Positions 26,040 through 39,194 of a DNA stretch of 64,000 bases are shown here, piece by piece. This DNA comes from Octopus vulgaris (Eukaryota), in assembly GCA_951406725.2 (NCBI GenBank), contig OX597842.1, forward strand, positions 1,550,001-1,614,000, read 5' to 3'. The translations under genes were made by a program, and so were the position numbers. A model generated the notes under the pieces. It saw only the letters and a list, made by a program, of their open reading frames with translations, was not told where the DNA came from and did no database searches. Position 1 is the first letter of the stretch. Every line of letters begins with the position of its first letter.

Positions 26040-26415
26040 GGCAGCAAGCTGGCAGAAACGTTAGCATGCTGGGCGAAATGCTTAGTGGTATTTTGTCTGC
26101 CGTTACGTTCTGAGTTCAAATTCCGCCAAGGTTGACTTTGCCTTTCATCCTTTCGGGGTCGATAAATTAAGTACCACTGGGGTCGATATTATCGACTTAA
26201 TCCGTTTGTCCTCTCTGTGTTTAGCCCCTTGTGGGTAGTAAAGAAATAGGTATTTCGTCTGCTGCTGCGTTCTGAGTTCAAATTCTGCTGAGGTCGACTA
26301 CTTTGCCTTTCATCCTTTCGGGGGGTTGATGCAATAAGTACCAGTTACGCACTGGAGTCAATGTAATCGACTAGCACCCCACCCAAATAATTTTCAAGGC
26401 CTTGTGCCTAGGGTA
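26040..26415 (+). mobile_element. SINE family B dimer (head + 2 bodies)
   Basis: Junction aaagaaatagg|tatttcgtctg near 26250. Confidence 0.85.
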
Positions 26416-27004
26416 AAAATAATTATTATTATATATAATAAAATCTCCAGGAAACCCATATGGTTAAAGGTTATCTATTTGGAATAAACCAACAGAATAT
26501 ATCTTTGAATGCTTATCTTATAAGAATTATAATAGAATTTATATATTAATCATTGAGATAGAGAAATTTTTGAATACCTAACTGTGAGTAAAACGGTAAA
26601 TGTTTAGAGAAATCCCTTATAACTTCCCAATATACACACACACACACACACACACATGTATGTGTGTGTGTGTGCTTGTGTTTTAGAAAAAGATTTGAGT
26701 TTTATCCTTCTTTGAAATTATTATATGTTTTTCATGAAAAATATTCTCAAAATTTAAATATGAAGCAATGAAAAAGGAAAATATACCTTTTACATCACAT
26801 GGTATTTGAAACCATGATCTAGCTTCTTGAAGTTGTGTATATGTTGATGGAGAAATTTTGATAATGACAGTATTGACAGCATTCCACATGAAATTGTAAT
26901 GGCTTTTGGCAGATAACTGATAAGGGATGAGCATATCCGTGACTTGTGTTAATTTTCCAAGTGTTTGTTTGTCATCCTTCTGTGCAATTTTATAACACAC
27001 AGAC

Positions 27005-27036
<32 letters not shown>

Positions 27037-27242
27037 CAGTAGTACCTCGCTTTTTGAAAAACTCTGATCACGAATAAACTGTGCTTTATATAAATATATA
27101 GATATATATAAAGGAAGATTTTTTTTGTGATCAGAGGCGTTCAAAAACCGAGGTACTATTGTATTAAATGAATATGAGAAAGACAGGAGATAAAGTACGA
27201 TATATTCGTGATCAGAGTTGTTCGAAAACTGAGGTTATACTG
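27037..27242. mobile_element. Tigger/pogo-like MITE
   Basis: TA|cagtagtacctcg ... cgaggtactattg|TA (27161), plus a second degenerate end at 27242. Confidence 0.65.
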
Positions 27243-27265
27243 TGTATAAAGAATATAAGTATATA

Positions 27266-27305
<40 letters not shown>

Positions 27306-27348
27306 CATACTTAAATATAACAGTGTATGTACACCACCATATGTATAT

Positions 27349-28065
27349 AAAAAGGAATACAAAAAATGGGACAAGAACACAAAACATCCAGACATTTATT
27401 GTGTTGAATCAACCAAATATGAACCATTTTGTTGCACAATGCATCTCCATCTTTCCTTTAGCTTGAAAATACCCTCTTCCCAGAATTCAGGTGGTTTCAT
27501 GGCAAAGAATTCATCAAGGTATCATTTTACGTCATCCAAGGAATTGAAATTTTTACCATTAAGACTATTCTGCAGAGACCTGAATAAGTGGAAATCCAAA
27601 GGAGCAATATCTGGTGAATATGGAGGGTGGGGAAACACATCCCAGCCAAGCTGCAGCAATTTTTGTCTGGTTCCCAAAGCATCAAGTACCGAAAATGAAC
27701 TTTCTTATCTTGAATTTTAAAGGGTTACAGAATTAACACAGGTTATAGGAACATAAACCTTCTTCCACGAAAAGATAGCTTAAACTGTGCTCTAAATGGC
27801 GGTGTAGTCAAATCCTAATTTTTAGACTCAACCATGCTCTAAAATGAGTTGAAAGGTAAGCTACTATAAATCAGCATGAACTTTCTGGACAATCCAATAG
27901 ATGATACAAAAAAGAGACAAGAAAAATTGCCAAAATTTCAAAGATAATCTGGAACTCAAATGAGGAGAGAAAACTCCGAATGACCCATCCTTGTTTTTTC
28001 TTGTCCCTTTTTAGTATCATCTGTCTGGATGTTTTGCGTTCTTGACCCCTTTTGTGTAATTCCTT
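27349..28065 (+). mobile_element. Hairpin insert in (TA)n, split by a mariner
   Basis: Left arm (27349-27395 + 27900-27926) is the reverse complement of about 27995-28065. Confidence 0.6.
27400..27897 (-). pseudogene. Internally deleted mariner (mellifera-like)
   Basis: Reverse translation TRQKLLQLGWDVFPHPPYSPDIAPLDFHLFRSLQNSL...GIFKLKERW; N-terminal DKKVHFR; 5' ITR TA|ttggattgtccagaaagttc. Confidence 0.88.
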
Positions 28066-28199
28066 TATATATATATATATAAATTTTAAAAAATTACCTT
28101 TTATCAATTCAAAATGAAAAATTAAATTAAATTTTGAAATTTGATTTAGTATTTCTAAATTGAATTTTTCCCTGTAAGTTTGGAATAATATTCCCTCAA

Positions 28200-28301
<102 letters not shown>

Positions 28302-28504
28302 CAAATCTTTTACTTCTTTCAATCATTTAACTACAGCAGTGACTCATTTTTTTTAAAGCCTAGCAACTTATTCTATCGGTCTCTTTTACCAAACTGCTGA
28401 GTCCAATAATATTTGAAAATCAATTAAGGCTGTTCATGTTTTCTCAGTCTCTGGAGAAACAGCTAAATCATCCCTGATTATAAATCTGTAATATAGGTTA
28501 CCTG

Positions 28505-28820
28505 TGTCTAACACCTGTGGACATGCTTACAAAATCCGAAAACAACACAGCAGCCCCCATGACTTTCAGAAATGTGTTTATGATGCTCAGAATTGCTGAA
28601 GCATGGAATAAACTACCTGAATCAGTTGTTAGCTGTCAGAACACTGCATCCTTCAAAGCTTCCATGCTTCCTGGAATTCCACTACACCTCATCTTCTCTG
28701 CTGTGACTCATTCACACTTCTCTCTTTCCTGCCTTTTTCTATGCATTATTCTTTCTTCTCTTCATGCAGTTCTGCTTACCTTTTCTGAAGAGTTGTTGTA
28801 CTACACCTGAGCAATGTATG
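28505..28820 (+). mobile_element. CR1/L2-group LINE 3' fragment
   Basis: NT.GHAYKIRK...LRIAEAWNKLPESVVSCQNTASFK matches the TRGH...WNxLP...FK ORF2 C-terminal motif. Confidence 0.75.
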
Positions 28821-28829
28821 TCATAAATT

Positions 28830-29110
28830 AATTATTGTTGTTGGTGGTGGTGGTGGTATTATTATTATTATTGATGTTATTGTTATTGTTCTTGTTATTA
28901 TTGTTCTTGTTATTATTATTGTTGTTCTTATTATTATTGTTGTTCTTGTTATTATTGTTATTATTATTGTTGTTATTATTATTGATATTATTGTTGTCAT
29001 TTTTATTATCATTATTATTGTAATTATTATTATTGTCATTATTATTATTGTTGTTGTTATTATTATTACTATTACTATTAATATCATCATTATTATTATT
29101 ATTATTATTA
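28830..29110. repeat. (ATT/GTT)n microsatellite
   Basis: Direct read. Confidence 0.95.
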
Positions 29111-29154
29111 CATGCTGCTATATCAAACAGATGATGAATAAAACATTTAATATG

Positions 29155-30170
29155 CAAGCACAAGCATGGCTGTGCAGTAAAAAAGCTTGCTATCCAACTA
29201 CATGGTTCCAGGTTCAGTCCCACTGTGAAGCATCTTGGGCCAGTGTCTTCTACTATAGCCTCAGGCTGACCAAAGCATTTTAAGTGGGATTTATTAGACA
29301 GAAACTAAAAGAAGCCTATTGTATAGGTGCAGGCATGGTTGTGTGGTATGGCGGCAAGCTGGCAGAAACGTTAGAACGCTGGGTGAAATGCTTAGCGGTA
29401 TTTCATCTGCTGTTAGGTTCTGAGTTCAAATTCCGCCAAAGCCGATTTATCCTTTCGAGGTCAATAACTTAAGTACCAGTTGCACACTGGGGTCGATATA
29501 ATCGACTTAATCCCTTTGTCAGTCCTTGTTCGTCCCCTCTATGTTTAGCTCCTTGTGAGCAATAAAGAAATAAGAAGCTTGCTTCCCAATTACATGGTTC
29601 CAGGTACAATCCTGCTGCATGGCACCTTGGGCAAGGTCTTCTACTATAACCACAGGCCAACCAAAGCCTTGTGAGTGGATCTGGTAGACAGAAACTGAAA
29701 GTAGCCTGTTGTATATATAAATATATGTGTATATGTTTGTCCCCCACTGTCATCCCTTGACAACTAATGCTGGTATGTTTATGTCCGTTTAACTTAGCGG
29801 TTCAGCAAAGAGACCAATGTATAAGTACTAGGGTTACAAAGAATAAATTCTTGAGTCGATTTCTTTATCTAAAATCCTCTAAGGTGGTGCTCCAGCATGG
29901 CTGCAGTCAAATGAATGAAAAAGGTAAAAGAGTGTGTGTGTGTGTGTGTGCATTTATCCCCTCCCCCATCGCCACCACCTACCAATAACTGGTGTTGGTG
30001 TGTTTATATTCCTCTAACTAAATGGTTTGGCAATAGAGAACGATAGAATTAGTACCAGGATTTTTAAAAAAAAAGAGTATTGGTGTCAATTCATTTGACA
30101 AAAAATATTTCAAGGTGGTGCCCCAGCATGGCCGCAGTCTAATGACTGAAACAAGCAAAAGATAAAAGAA
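29155..30170 (+). mobile_element. Nested cluster of diverged SINE A copies with SINE B (29350-29570)
   Basis: Repeated heads and tails. Confidence 0.8.
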
Positions 30171-30485
30171 GACACTTCTATATCAAACAGACGGTGAATA
30201 AAAAATCTAAAAAAAAAAAAAAAAAAGAAATGAGACCTTATTTTTCTATGGACATACCTACATAAGCGTGACCCCAGCGACTGATTTTGTTTCCTCATAA
30301 CTTTCATAAAAATGGGTATCTTTTAATGAAATTAGAATTTCAGCAAAAGAAAAATGGTGGACATGCACGCATACATACTGACAGACATCACATACATGTA
30401 ATTTTTCAATTCCAATACAATCATAATCTAAACTATCTGAAAGATATTTCTAGAAAATTGCATTAAAAAATGCCTAATACCTGAT

Positions 30486-30671
30486 ATAGGCGCAGGAGTG
30501 GCTGTGTGGTAAGTAGCTTGCTTACCAACCACATGGTTCTGGGTTCAGTCCCACTGTGTGGCACCTTGGGCAAGTGTCTTCTACTATAGCCTTGGGTCGA
30601 CCAAAGCCTTGTGAGTGGATTTGGTAGACGGAAACTGAAAGAAGCCCATCGTATATATGTATATTTGCATA

Positions 30672-30708
<37 letters not shown>

Positions 30709-31048
30709 TGTATTTACCGCACCCACCCACTCCACCCCACCAACATCACTTGACAACCGGTGTTGGTGTGTTTACGTCCCCATAACTTAGCGGTTCAGCA
30801 ACAGAGACCGATAGAATACGTACTAGGCTTACAAAGAATAAGTCATGAGCTCGATTTGCTCGACTAAAGGCGGTGCTCCAGCATGGCCACAGTCAAATAA
30901 CTGAATCAAGTAAAAGAGTAAAAGAGAAAAGAGACCAATAGAATAAGTACTGGGCTTACAAAGAATACGTCCTGGGGTTGATTTGCTCAACTAAAGGCGG
31001 TGCTCCAGCATGGCCACAGTCAAATGACTAAAACAAGCAAAAGAGAGA
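30486..31048 (+). mobile_element. SINE family A with duplicated 3' block
   Basis: Consensus match; tail block present twice. Confidence 0.9.
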
Positions 31049-31643
31049 AATACCCATTTTGTTGGAAGTTGGAAGGAAACAAAGTCGGTGGGGGTACATT
31101 TGTGTAGCTATGTATCTCTATGTAAATTTTCATGTTGTCTGCTGTTTAATTGGATGAATTTTGATTCAAGCACCCCCCAAATAACCCATCATAACTTTTT
31201 TTATTTTTGTAATTTTCAGAAAATCTTTGCATATTTCTGTCAGACACGAAAATTCATATGATTATGAAAGAAAAATATTCTTTTTTAATTTTTTAAAACC
31301 CTCCCCGCCATAGATTCTAAAATTTCCACTTTCTTTTTTCAATGTTCTTTTTTAAATAAGTGTTTAAAATACCGTTTGAATTTTTTGTTTAAATCCCAGC
31401 AATGGGCCACCCTGGGGTGCGTCATCATTGCTTTAAATGTGTTTATGGAGAGGAGAATATTGAAAATCATCAATACATGACAGAGTGACAGAGAAACAAG
31501 GAAGGTACCAACTGGTCGTGAGATATGCTAAAATTACAGTTAAATTGCGCCTTTCATCACACACTCATACAAGAAATTTTTCACATGTGGGGTTACATGG
31601 AGTTCTTAAACCAGAATTCCACCATTCATTTATCATAAATCTG

Positions 31644-31863
31644 GGATCTTTACCCTTTGAATGGCAGATCGAGAAATTAATTTTTTGCAACTAAACACTT
31701 TGAAACTTCGGACACTGGTAGAATGTGTCGTATAAAACATCTTTCACTCTTAGTGTTGTTGAGAAAAGTTTATATGTTCAAAGTTATTTCGTGTTAAAGT
31801 TGTTGTATTTCGGTAATTTCAACCAATCAAAATCTCAATCTGCCATTCAAAGGGAAAAGATCC
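31644..31863. mobile_element. Merlin-type MITE
   Basis: 26-bp TIR ggatcttt(a/t)ccctttgaatggcagat, GG termini, 8-bp flanks taaatctg/taaatctt. Confidence 0.75.
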
Positions 31864-32174
31864 TAAATCTTAAAGAAATATGGTGTTTCCTAGGGAAAAA
31901 ATTTTTTAAAAAACCTTTATGTTATTGAAAAGTCAAGCTCGTATGACACTAGAAAAGATAGGTGGGAATGGTTTGAGAGAGATTTGGTTGTTATTTCTAG
32001 CATGGCAATTAATCACATCAAAGCCTCCTAAATATCGTCTGCTCAGTATTTTTTGGGGCAGTGTTTTAGTTCAGGGTGCCTACATAAGTTGAAATTTTCC
32101 GTTTTGATGGGGGTTTTCCCAATTCTTTTCCCCTACGATACTTGAAATGATGGGAGGCATCAATTAAAGAAAAA

Positions 32175-32800
32175 CATTTATACATTACTAGCAGTATCGC
32201 CCGGCGTTGCTCGGGTTTGTAAGGGAAATAACTATATAAGCATTTTTAGAGATGTAAAGTATAAAAGCCATCTCAATATGGCTAACCACAAAGGGGGGGT
32301 GTTACTGTAGGTTTTACGTTCTGAGATTTAATAATATATTTTTAGAGAGTTACTTCCCTTATATAATAGCAAAAAAATGCATTAAAAATGGAAAAAAATG
32401 ATGGTAAATTTTTTTTTAAATCGTAGACTCATCGTAGACGCGCGCTAATACCCAGAAGGGCTCGATATGAATCACGACTATAAGATACCCGCTTTTGGTT
32501 ACACTGCACCGCAAAATGTGGGAGTAGTTAGGAATCTAAATCGTAGGGGACAGACACACAACTTCTCTTTTATATATAAAGATTTACAATGGGCAGATTG
32601 TTGTCCTCTCTCCAGCCTTCGTCAGGTTTTCTGGTGGAATTTTGAACCCAACCTTTTATTTGACTAATGGGGTACATTGTTCTCATTCCTTAAGTACGTT
32701 GCTGTTGTTATATACGGGCATATAACATAGTGGATAAGGGCGCGGATTACTAACCCTTGGATTCTATGTTCAATCCCAGGCAGGGACTTGAAAAATAATA
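32175..32800. mobile_element. Diverged SINE family E locus (minus-strand tail + plus-strand head), split by a Helitron
   Basis: ccagccttcgtcagg (= cCTGACGAaggctgg) at 32612; head gggcatataacatagtggataagggcgcgg at 32716. Confidence 0.65.
32188..32582 (-). mobile_element. Non-autonomous Helitron
   Basis: Reverse TC...hairpin...CTAG, inserted at A|T; same family as 36573-36969. Confidence 0.88.
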
Positions 32801-33679
32801 CAGAGATTATCATTCTCAAAAAAATTTCCAAAAATTTTTCTACTTACGGTTGGGGTTTTAGGGTTACGGAAAAAAGTGAAAAATGAAGTAAGGGTACGCA
32901 AAAATTTCAAAAATCCCAATTTTTGGCAATTTTCGGGAATCTCTGTATCTGAAAAGGTGGGTTTTTGGCAAAAAAAATTTTTTTAATGATAATTTACGAA
33001 AAAATGGGGGTGGGGCTGTGCAGAAGGAAGTCTTTCTGGGAGATTTCGCTGTGATTTCTAACACATCTCATGACCCACTCCTCGAAGGGTGAGGTAAAAA
33101 AAAAAAATTTTCCAAAATTTTATTTCAGAAAAAATTTCTCCTTTTATACGGAGCAAATGATTTTAGCTCAATAGAGGCCATTGATTGGTTAAAATTGGAA
33201 AAATTAAACTACGTTAAACTTACAAATTACAATTGTAGGCCTTGATGAAAAGAAAATTCGAAAAACCTCCGTCAAAACAGAGAAAATCCAACTTATGTGG
33301 GCGTCCTGAACCGAAACCCCAACGTTTCTTTCAAGAAGGGCGCCCATCCCTGATTTAGGTGGGGGGCTGTTGTGGATCTTGGAAGAAATAAATGGATAAA
33401 ATGTGATGTCTGGAAAACAATAAAAATGTTTGTAACTTTTAAAACTTCTCCAAGCCCCATGGTGAGGAAAATACGTTGATACAATCTGTCGTTAGGAAAG
33501 AGAAGCAGACGTTTAAAAAACGTGGATTTAAAAGAATATGAAAAAATTGACGAAGTCTGTCTTCATCCACCCCGAAGTGCTTTGAAGAATGGGTAATTAT
33601 AGAATGTGGAAAAGTTTTGGGCAAAAAAATGGCTGAGAAATTCCGATTTATGAGTGGCAGATATTCCGAATTATTAATA

Positions 33680-35030
33680 AGTGTGCGCGTGTGAGTATGT
33701 GTGTGTATGTGTGTGTGTGTGTAAGTATCCATGTGTGTGTATACACATGTGTATATATGTATGTGTGTGTGTATGAATATATATGTGTATGTGTGAGTGT
33801 GTGAATATATATATTTGTGTGTGAATATGTGTGAGTGTGTGAATATATGTGTGTGTGTGAATATATATGTGTGAGTGTGTGAATATGTGTGAGTGTGCGT
33901 GAATATGTGTGTGCTTGAATATGTGTGAGTGTGTGAATATATGTGAGTGTGTATGAATATATATGTGTATGTGTGAGTGTGCGTGAATATGTGTGTGCTT
34001 GAATATGTGTGAGTGTGTGAATATATGTGAGTGTGCGAATATATGTGTGAGTGTGTGAATATATATATGTGTGAGTGTGCGTGAATATGTGTGAGTGTGC
34101 GTGAATATGTGTGAGTGTGCGTGAATATGTGTGAGTGTGCGTGAATATGTGTGAGTGTGCGTGAATATGTGTGAGTGTGCGTGAATATGTGTGAGTGTGC
34201 GTGAATATGTGTGAGTGTGCGTGAATATGTGTGTGCTTGAATATGTGTGAGTGTGTGAATATATATGTGTGAGTGTGCGTGAATATGTGTGTGCTTGAAT
34301 ATGTGTGAGTGTGTGAATATATGTGAGTGTGCGAATATGTGTGTGAGTGTGTGAATATAAGTGTGAGTGTGTGAATATATGTGTGAGTGTGTGAATATGT
34401 GTGTGAGTGTGTGAATATATGTGAGTGTGCGTGAATATGTGTGAGTGTGCGTGAATATGTGTGAGTGCGTGAATATGTGTGTGCTTGAATATGTGTGAGT
34501 GTGTGAATATATGTGAGTGTGCGAATATGTGTGTGAGTGTGTGAATATAAGTGTGAGTGTGTGAATATATGTGTGAGTGTGTGAATATGTGTGAGTGTGT
34601 GTGAATATATGTGAGTGTGCGTGAATATGTGTGAGTGTGCGTGAGTGTGTGAACATATATATATATGTGTGTGTGAGTGTGTGAACATATATATATATAT
34701 ATATGTGTGTGTGTGAGTGTGTGAACATATATATATATATATGTGTGTGTGTGAGTGTGTGAACATATATATATATATGTGTGAGTGTGTGAATATGTGT
34801 GAGTGCGTGAATATGTGTGAGTGTGTGAATATATGTGTGTGAGTGTGCGTGAATATGTGTGAGTGCGTGAATATGTGTGAGTGTGTGAATATATATGTGT
34901 GTATGTGAATATATATATATGTGTGTAAGTGTGTGAATATATATATGAGTGTGTGTATGAATATGCGTGTGTGTGGATGTATACGTATGAGTGTGAATAT
35001 ATATATATATATGTGTGTGTGTATGTGTTA
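33680..35030. repeat. GT-rich minisatellite, ~20-bp unit gtgaatatgtgtgagtgtgc
   Basis: Exact tandem units at about 34080-34230, degenerate on either side. Confidence 0.95.
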
Positions 35031-35399
35031 CTTTTTTTCCCTATTTATTGCAGACGTTTTGTTATTTTTTCCATTAATTTAGTTCCAGTTTGACAAAAAA
35101 AAGGGGGAAACAATGACAAATAAAGAAAGGGCATTTTTTCTTCTTTTTTTTCAATTAAAACTCGAAACTGTTTTTTCTAGAAAACAAATTCCTTTCAATA
35201 AAAAAAATCTGAAATTCTTTAAAAAAATATATAAATATAAATTGTGTGTATGTATGTATCTGTGTGTGTGTGTGTGTGTTTATGTGCTCGTGCATGCGTG
35301 TGTGTGTGTCCGTATGGGATATAAATAAATACTGTGCGTGTGTGTTTGTGTACGCGTCCATATGTGTGTGCATGTCTCCGTGTGTATGTTTGTGTATCT

Positions 35400-35830
35400 G
35401 TATGAGAGAGAGAGGAAGGGAGAGGGAGAAAGAGTGAGAGACAGAGGACGGGAGAGAGACAAAGGGAGAGCAAGAGAGAGAGAGAAGGGAGAGAGAGTGA
35501 GAGAGAAAGGAAGGGAAAGAGAGTGACAGCGAGAGGGGAAGGGAAAGAGAATGAGAGCGAGTGACAGAGGAAGGGAGAGAGATGGTGAAAGAGAGAGGAA
35601 GGGAAAGAGATGGTGACAGAGAGAGATGGTGAGAGAGAGAGAAACAGACAGAAAGACAGGAAGGGAGAAGAGAGAGAGACAGACAGGAAGGGAGAAAGAG
35701 AGAGACAGACAGGAAGGGAGAGTGAGAGAGAAAGACAAAGGAAGGGGGAGAGTGAGACAGACAGGAAGGGAAAGAGAGAGGAAGCGAGAGAGTGAGAGAA
35801 AGAAAGACAGGCAGACAAAGGGAGAGAGTG
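35400..35830. repeat. GA-rich polypurine tract
   Basis: Direct read. Confidence 0.9.
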
Positions 35831-35990
35831 TGTGTGTGTATGTCCGTATGACTGTGCTCCTGCATGTGTGAACGTGTGTGTATGTGTTCATATGTGTGTG
35901 TGTCCGTGTATATAGGTGTATCCGTATGAATATGTCTGTGGGTGTGACCCCTTTCTGTGACGGAACGAGATATCTTCGATAAAATCTTTG

Positions 35991-36256
35991 GTATTAGCGC
36001 GCGTCTACGATAAGTCTACGATTTTAAAAATAATTTACCATCATTTTTTTCCATTTTAATGCATTTTTTCGCTATTATATAAGGGAAGTAACTCTCTAAA
36101 AATGTCTACGATGAGTCAACGATTTAAAAAGAAATATACCATCATTTTTTTCCATTTTTAATGCATTTTTTTGCTATTTTTTGGCTATAACTCTCTAAAA
36201 ATGTTTATATAGTTATTTCCCTTACAAACCCGAGCAACGCCGGGCGATACTGCTAG
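35991..36256 (+). mobile_element. 5'-truncated Helitron flanked by an 18-bp direct repeat
   Basis: Ends cccgagcaacgccgggcgatactgCTAG; tcttcg(a/g)taaaatctttg on both sides. Confidence 0.85.
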
Positions 36257-36572
36257 TCTTCGGTAAAATCTTTGCTCAAAACAAGTCACAGTTTTGAGCA
36301 ACGAAAATTTCGTCACAAATAAAATGTCGTCCATTTTTACGTTCCGTGTTCAAATTCTGCCCAAGTCGACTATGCATTTCATCCTTTCAAGGCCAATAAA
36401 ACAGCTACCAATCGAGGCCTAATTTTCTACAGGACGTTTCTAAAATCACAGCGATCCAAAAACTTTATTTCAATAAAAACATTTCACAATTATAAGTGAT
36501 ACACATTACGAACAAGAAGCAGAAAATGAGGGGGAAATAGACTTAATTTGAACCGAGTTTCCCCTGGGCACA

Positions 36573-36969
36573 TCTATATATATAAAAGTGAAGTTGTGTG
36601 TCTGTCTCCTACGATTTAGATTCCTCACTACTCCCACATTTTGCGGTGCAGTGTAACCAAAACCGGGTATCTTATAGTCGTGATTCATATCGAGCCCTTC
36701 TGGGTATTAGCGCGCGTCTACGATGAGTCTACGATTTTAAAAATAATTTACCATCATTTGTTTCCATTTTAATGCATTTTTTCGCTATTATATAAGGGAA
36801 GTAACTCTCTAAAAATGTCTACGATGAGTCAACGATTTAAAAAGAAATATACCATAATTTTTTTCCATTTTTAATGCATTTTTTTGCTACTTTTTGGCTA
36901 TAACTCTCTAAAAATGCTTATATAGTTATTTCCCTTACAAACCCGAGCAACGCCGGGCGATACTGCTAG
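36573..36969 (+). mobile_element. Non-autonomous Helitron, complete
   Basis: a|TCtatatatataaaagtg ... hairpin ... CTAG|t. Confidence 0.9.
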
Positions 36970-37209
36970 TATATATATATATATATAAAAGAAAAACACC
37001 TTTCCGAAGAAATTATTTTTAAAATATGCCCTTTTGAAGGTCAGGTACGAAACCGCATCAGTCCTTTTTCTTTACACATATTTTAAGATGACATTTTGCA
37101 GAATTATGCTTCTGAAAAATCAGAGAAGTTTGAAAAGAATATTAAACGAAATGCTGAAATTATAAAAATTAGTGGTAACAATGTCTGGACCCAAAAAAAA
37201 ATCAATAGA

Positions 37210-37418
37210 ACTCTTTTACTCTTTTACTTGTTTCAGTCATTTGACTGTGGCCATGCTGGAGCACCGCCTTTAGTCGAGCAAATCGCCCCCAGTACTTATT
37301 CTTTTGTAAGCCCAGTACTTATTCTATCGGTCTGTTTTGCCGAACCACTAGGTGACGGGGACATAAACACACCATCATCGGTTGTCAAGCAATGCTAGGG
37401 GGACAAACACAGACACAC

Positions 37419-37470
<52 letters not shown>

Positions 37471-37705
37471 CGAGACAAAACCACTATTTTAAAACCAAAC
37501 AAGGAAAGACTTAATCAATACATAAAATTTTAATATAAAATTATTTAATTTATATTAAAATTTTATGTATTGATTAAGTCTTTCCTTGTTTGGTTTTAAA
37601 ATAGTGGTTTTGTCTCGAATTATATTATATAATATTTTACTATAAAATTGGATTTAACCCTAAATCTGATTTTTCCCTGTAATTTTGGATTCATTCCCTA
37701 ATATT

Positions 37706-37760
<55 letters not shown>

Positions 37761-37932
37761 CATATATACGACAGGCTTCTTTCAGTTTCCGTCTACCTAA
37801 TCCACTCGCAAGGCATTGGTCGGCCCGGGGCTATAGCAGAAGACACTTGCCCAAGGTGCCACGCAGTGGGACTGAACCCAGAACCATGTGGTTGGTAAGC
37901 AAGCTACTTACCACACGGCCATTCCTGCGCCT
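37210..37932 (-). mobile_element. SINE family A with nested hairpin insert
   Basis: Consensus match on both sides of the (TA)n tract. Confidence 0.9.
37464..37710 (+). mobile_element. Hairpin-plus-tail insert in (TA)n; same family at 45050-45375 and 57610-57860
   Basis: ~75-bp perfect inverted arms plus shared tail ttactataaaattggattta..cctaaatctgatttttccctgtaa. Confidence 0.75.
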
Positions 37933-38188
37933 ATTAGTGTTTGTATGAAACTAAATGCAAGAAAAAAAAACAACAAATATCTTACAAACTACAGAATTTT
38001 CTCAATAAAGCCAAGAGAAAAAGATGTTTTATGTAACACATTCTACCAGTATAGGAAGTTTAAAAGTCTTTAGTTACAAAGAAATTATTTTAAAAATCCG
38101 TCGGTCAAAGCGAAAAGATCCTCAAAGTGTATTTAAACAATATCTTTTACATACCTGCTAAAATTACTGGATATATAGATCCCATGAT

Positions 38189-38890
38189 GGCATTCCTTCG
38201 ATATAGCTTGACAAGGTCAAGATATTTCACTTCGGGTATTTCCGTGGGTTGTGGAGTATAGATATAACGAAATTATGCCAGCAATGTCTCATTCTAAACT
38301 TGAAGAAAAAAAGCCTTGCATATTTGTTCTTACCTGTTTCATGTGTGGGCAATCTTTCGTCTCTAGTAGACCTTTCCGTCGATTTCCGTAAAAAATTTAT
38401 TTTTTTTACATATGGGCTTGCGGGAACTTTTGAAGTAATGAGAGCGAAAGAGACTAAGAGAAAGCGATTGTATGACGAGGGAAGTTCTTTTGAAGTTACC
38501 GTGCATGGCAAGCATTGATGTACATGTGTGTGTGTGTTTGATGGGGTGTAGGAGACATACAGTATGTTGTGTAAGTGAAGTGCTTCTGTTAGTGTGTGTG
38601 AAGAGACAGAGAGAGTAATGTGTGAAAGAGAGAGATAGCTGAAATTTTTTACTCGGTGTATGTGTATACGTATGTATATTACTTCAAAAGTTCCCGCAAG
38701 CCCATATGTAAAAAAAAAAAAAAAAATTTTTTTACGGAAATCGACGGAAAGGTCTACTAGAGACGAAAGATCGCCCAGGTGTGTATGTAAAAACCGCAAA
38801 TTTCCAAGCAGAATCGAACTGTCATTTGCTTCCACGGAAATACCCGAAGTGAAGTGTTTTGATTTTGTCGAGTTATATCGAAAGAATGCC
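38189..38890. mobile_element. Merlin-type foldback MITE
   Basis: TIR ggcattc(c/t)ttcgatata..., inner ~90-bp inverted repeat (about 38350-38440 / 38678-38775), flanks cccatgat/cccaatgat. Confidence 0.75.
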
Positions 38891-39194
38891 CCCAATGATA
38901 TATAAGCCCCTAAGGTGCAAAACAGTTTTGAAATGGCATCAAGTGTTTCCACTTACCTTGAGCAATTTTTGACCCCGAAATTTTAAGCGGGTAACAAGTA
39001 CTCTTCGATTTCGTGTGGAGTGAGTGAGTGAGAGAAGGGGTGGTTTTGTCATGATGTTGTTTTTTTTTTACCTGTACAATATAAATTTTGAAAGGCAGGA
39101 TTTTTGCAGATTCGAAATCTCCGCCCTTGATATAGTGTGCTCATGTAAAAATAAAACGAAAAAAATATCCCTAAGTGGGTGCAGTCCATGATTT

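Noticed and set aside
26683-26995. Non-repetitive minus-strand ORF segment as a host exon
   Set aside because: No recognisable domain or convincing splice sites; cannot be supported without a search
33439-34766. 429-aa and 372-aa His/Thr ORFs
   Set aside because: Translation of a 20-bp minisatellite
38227-38952. 241-aa ORF
   Set aside because: Runs across a palindromic MITE, translating both arms; no protein motif
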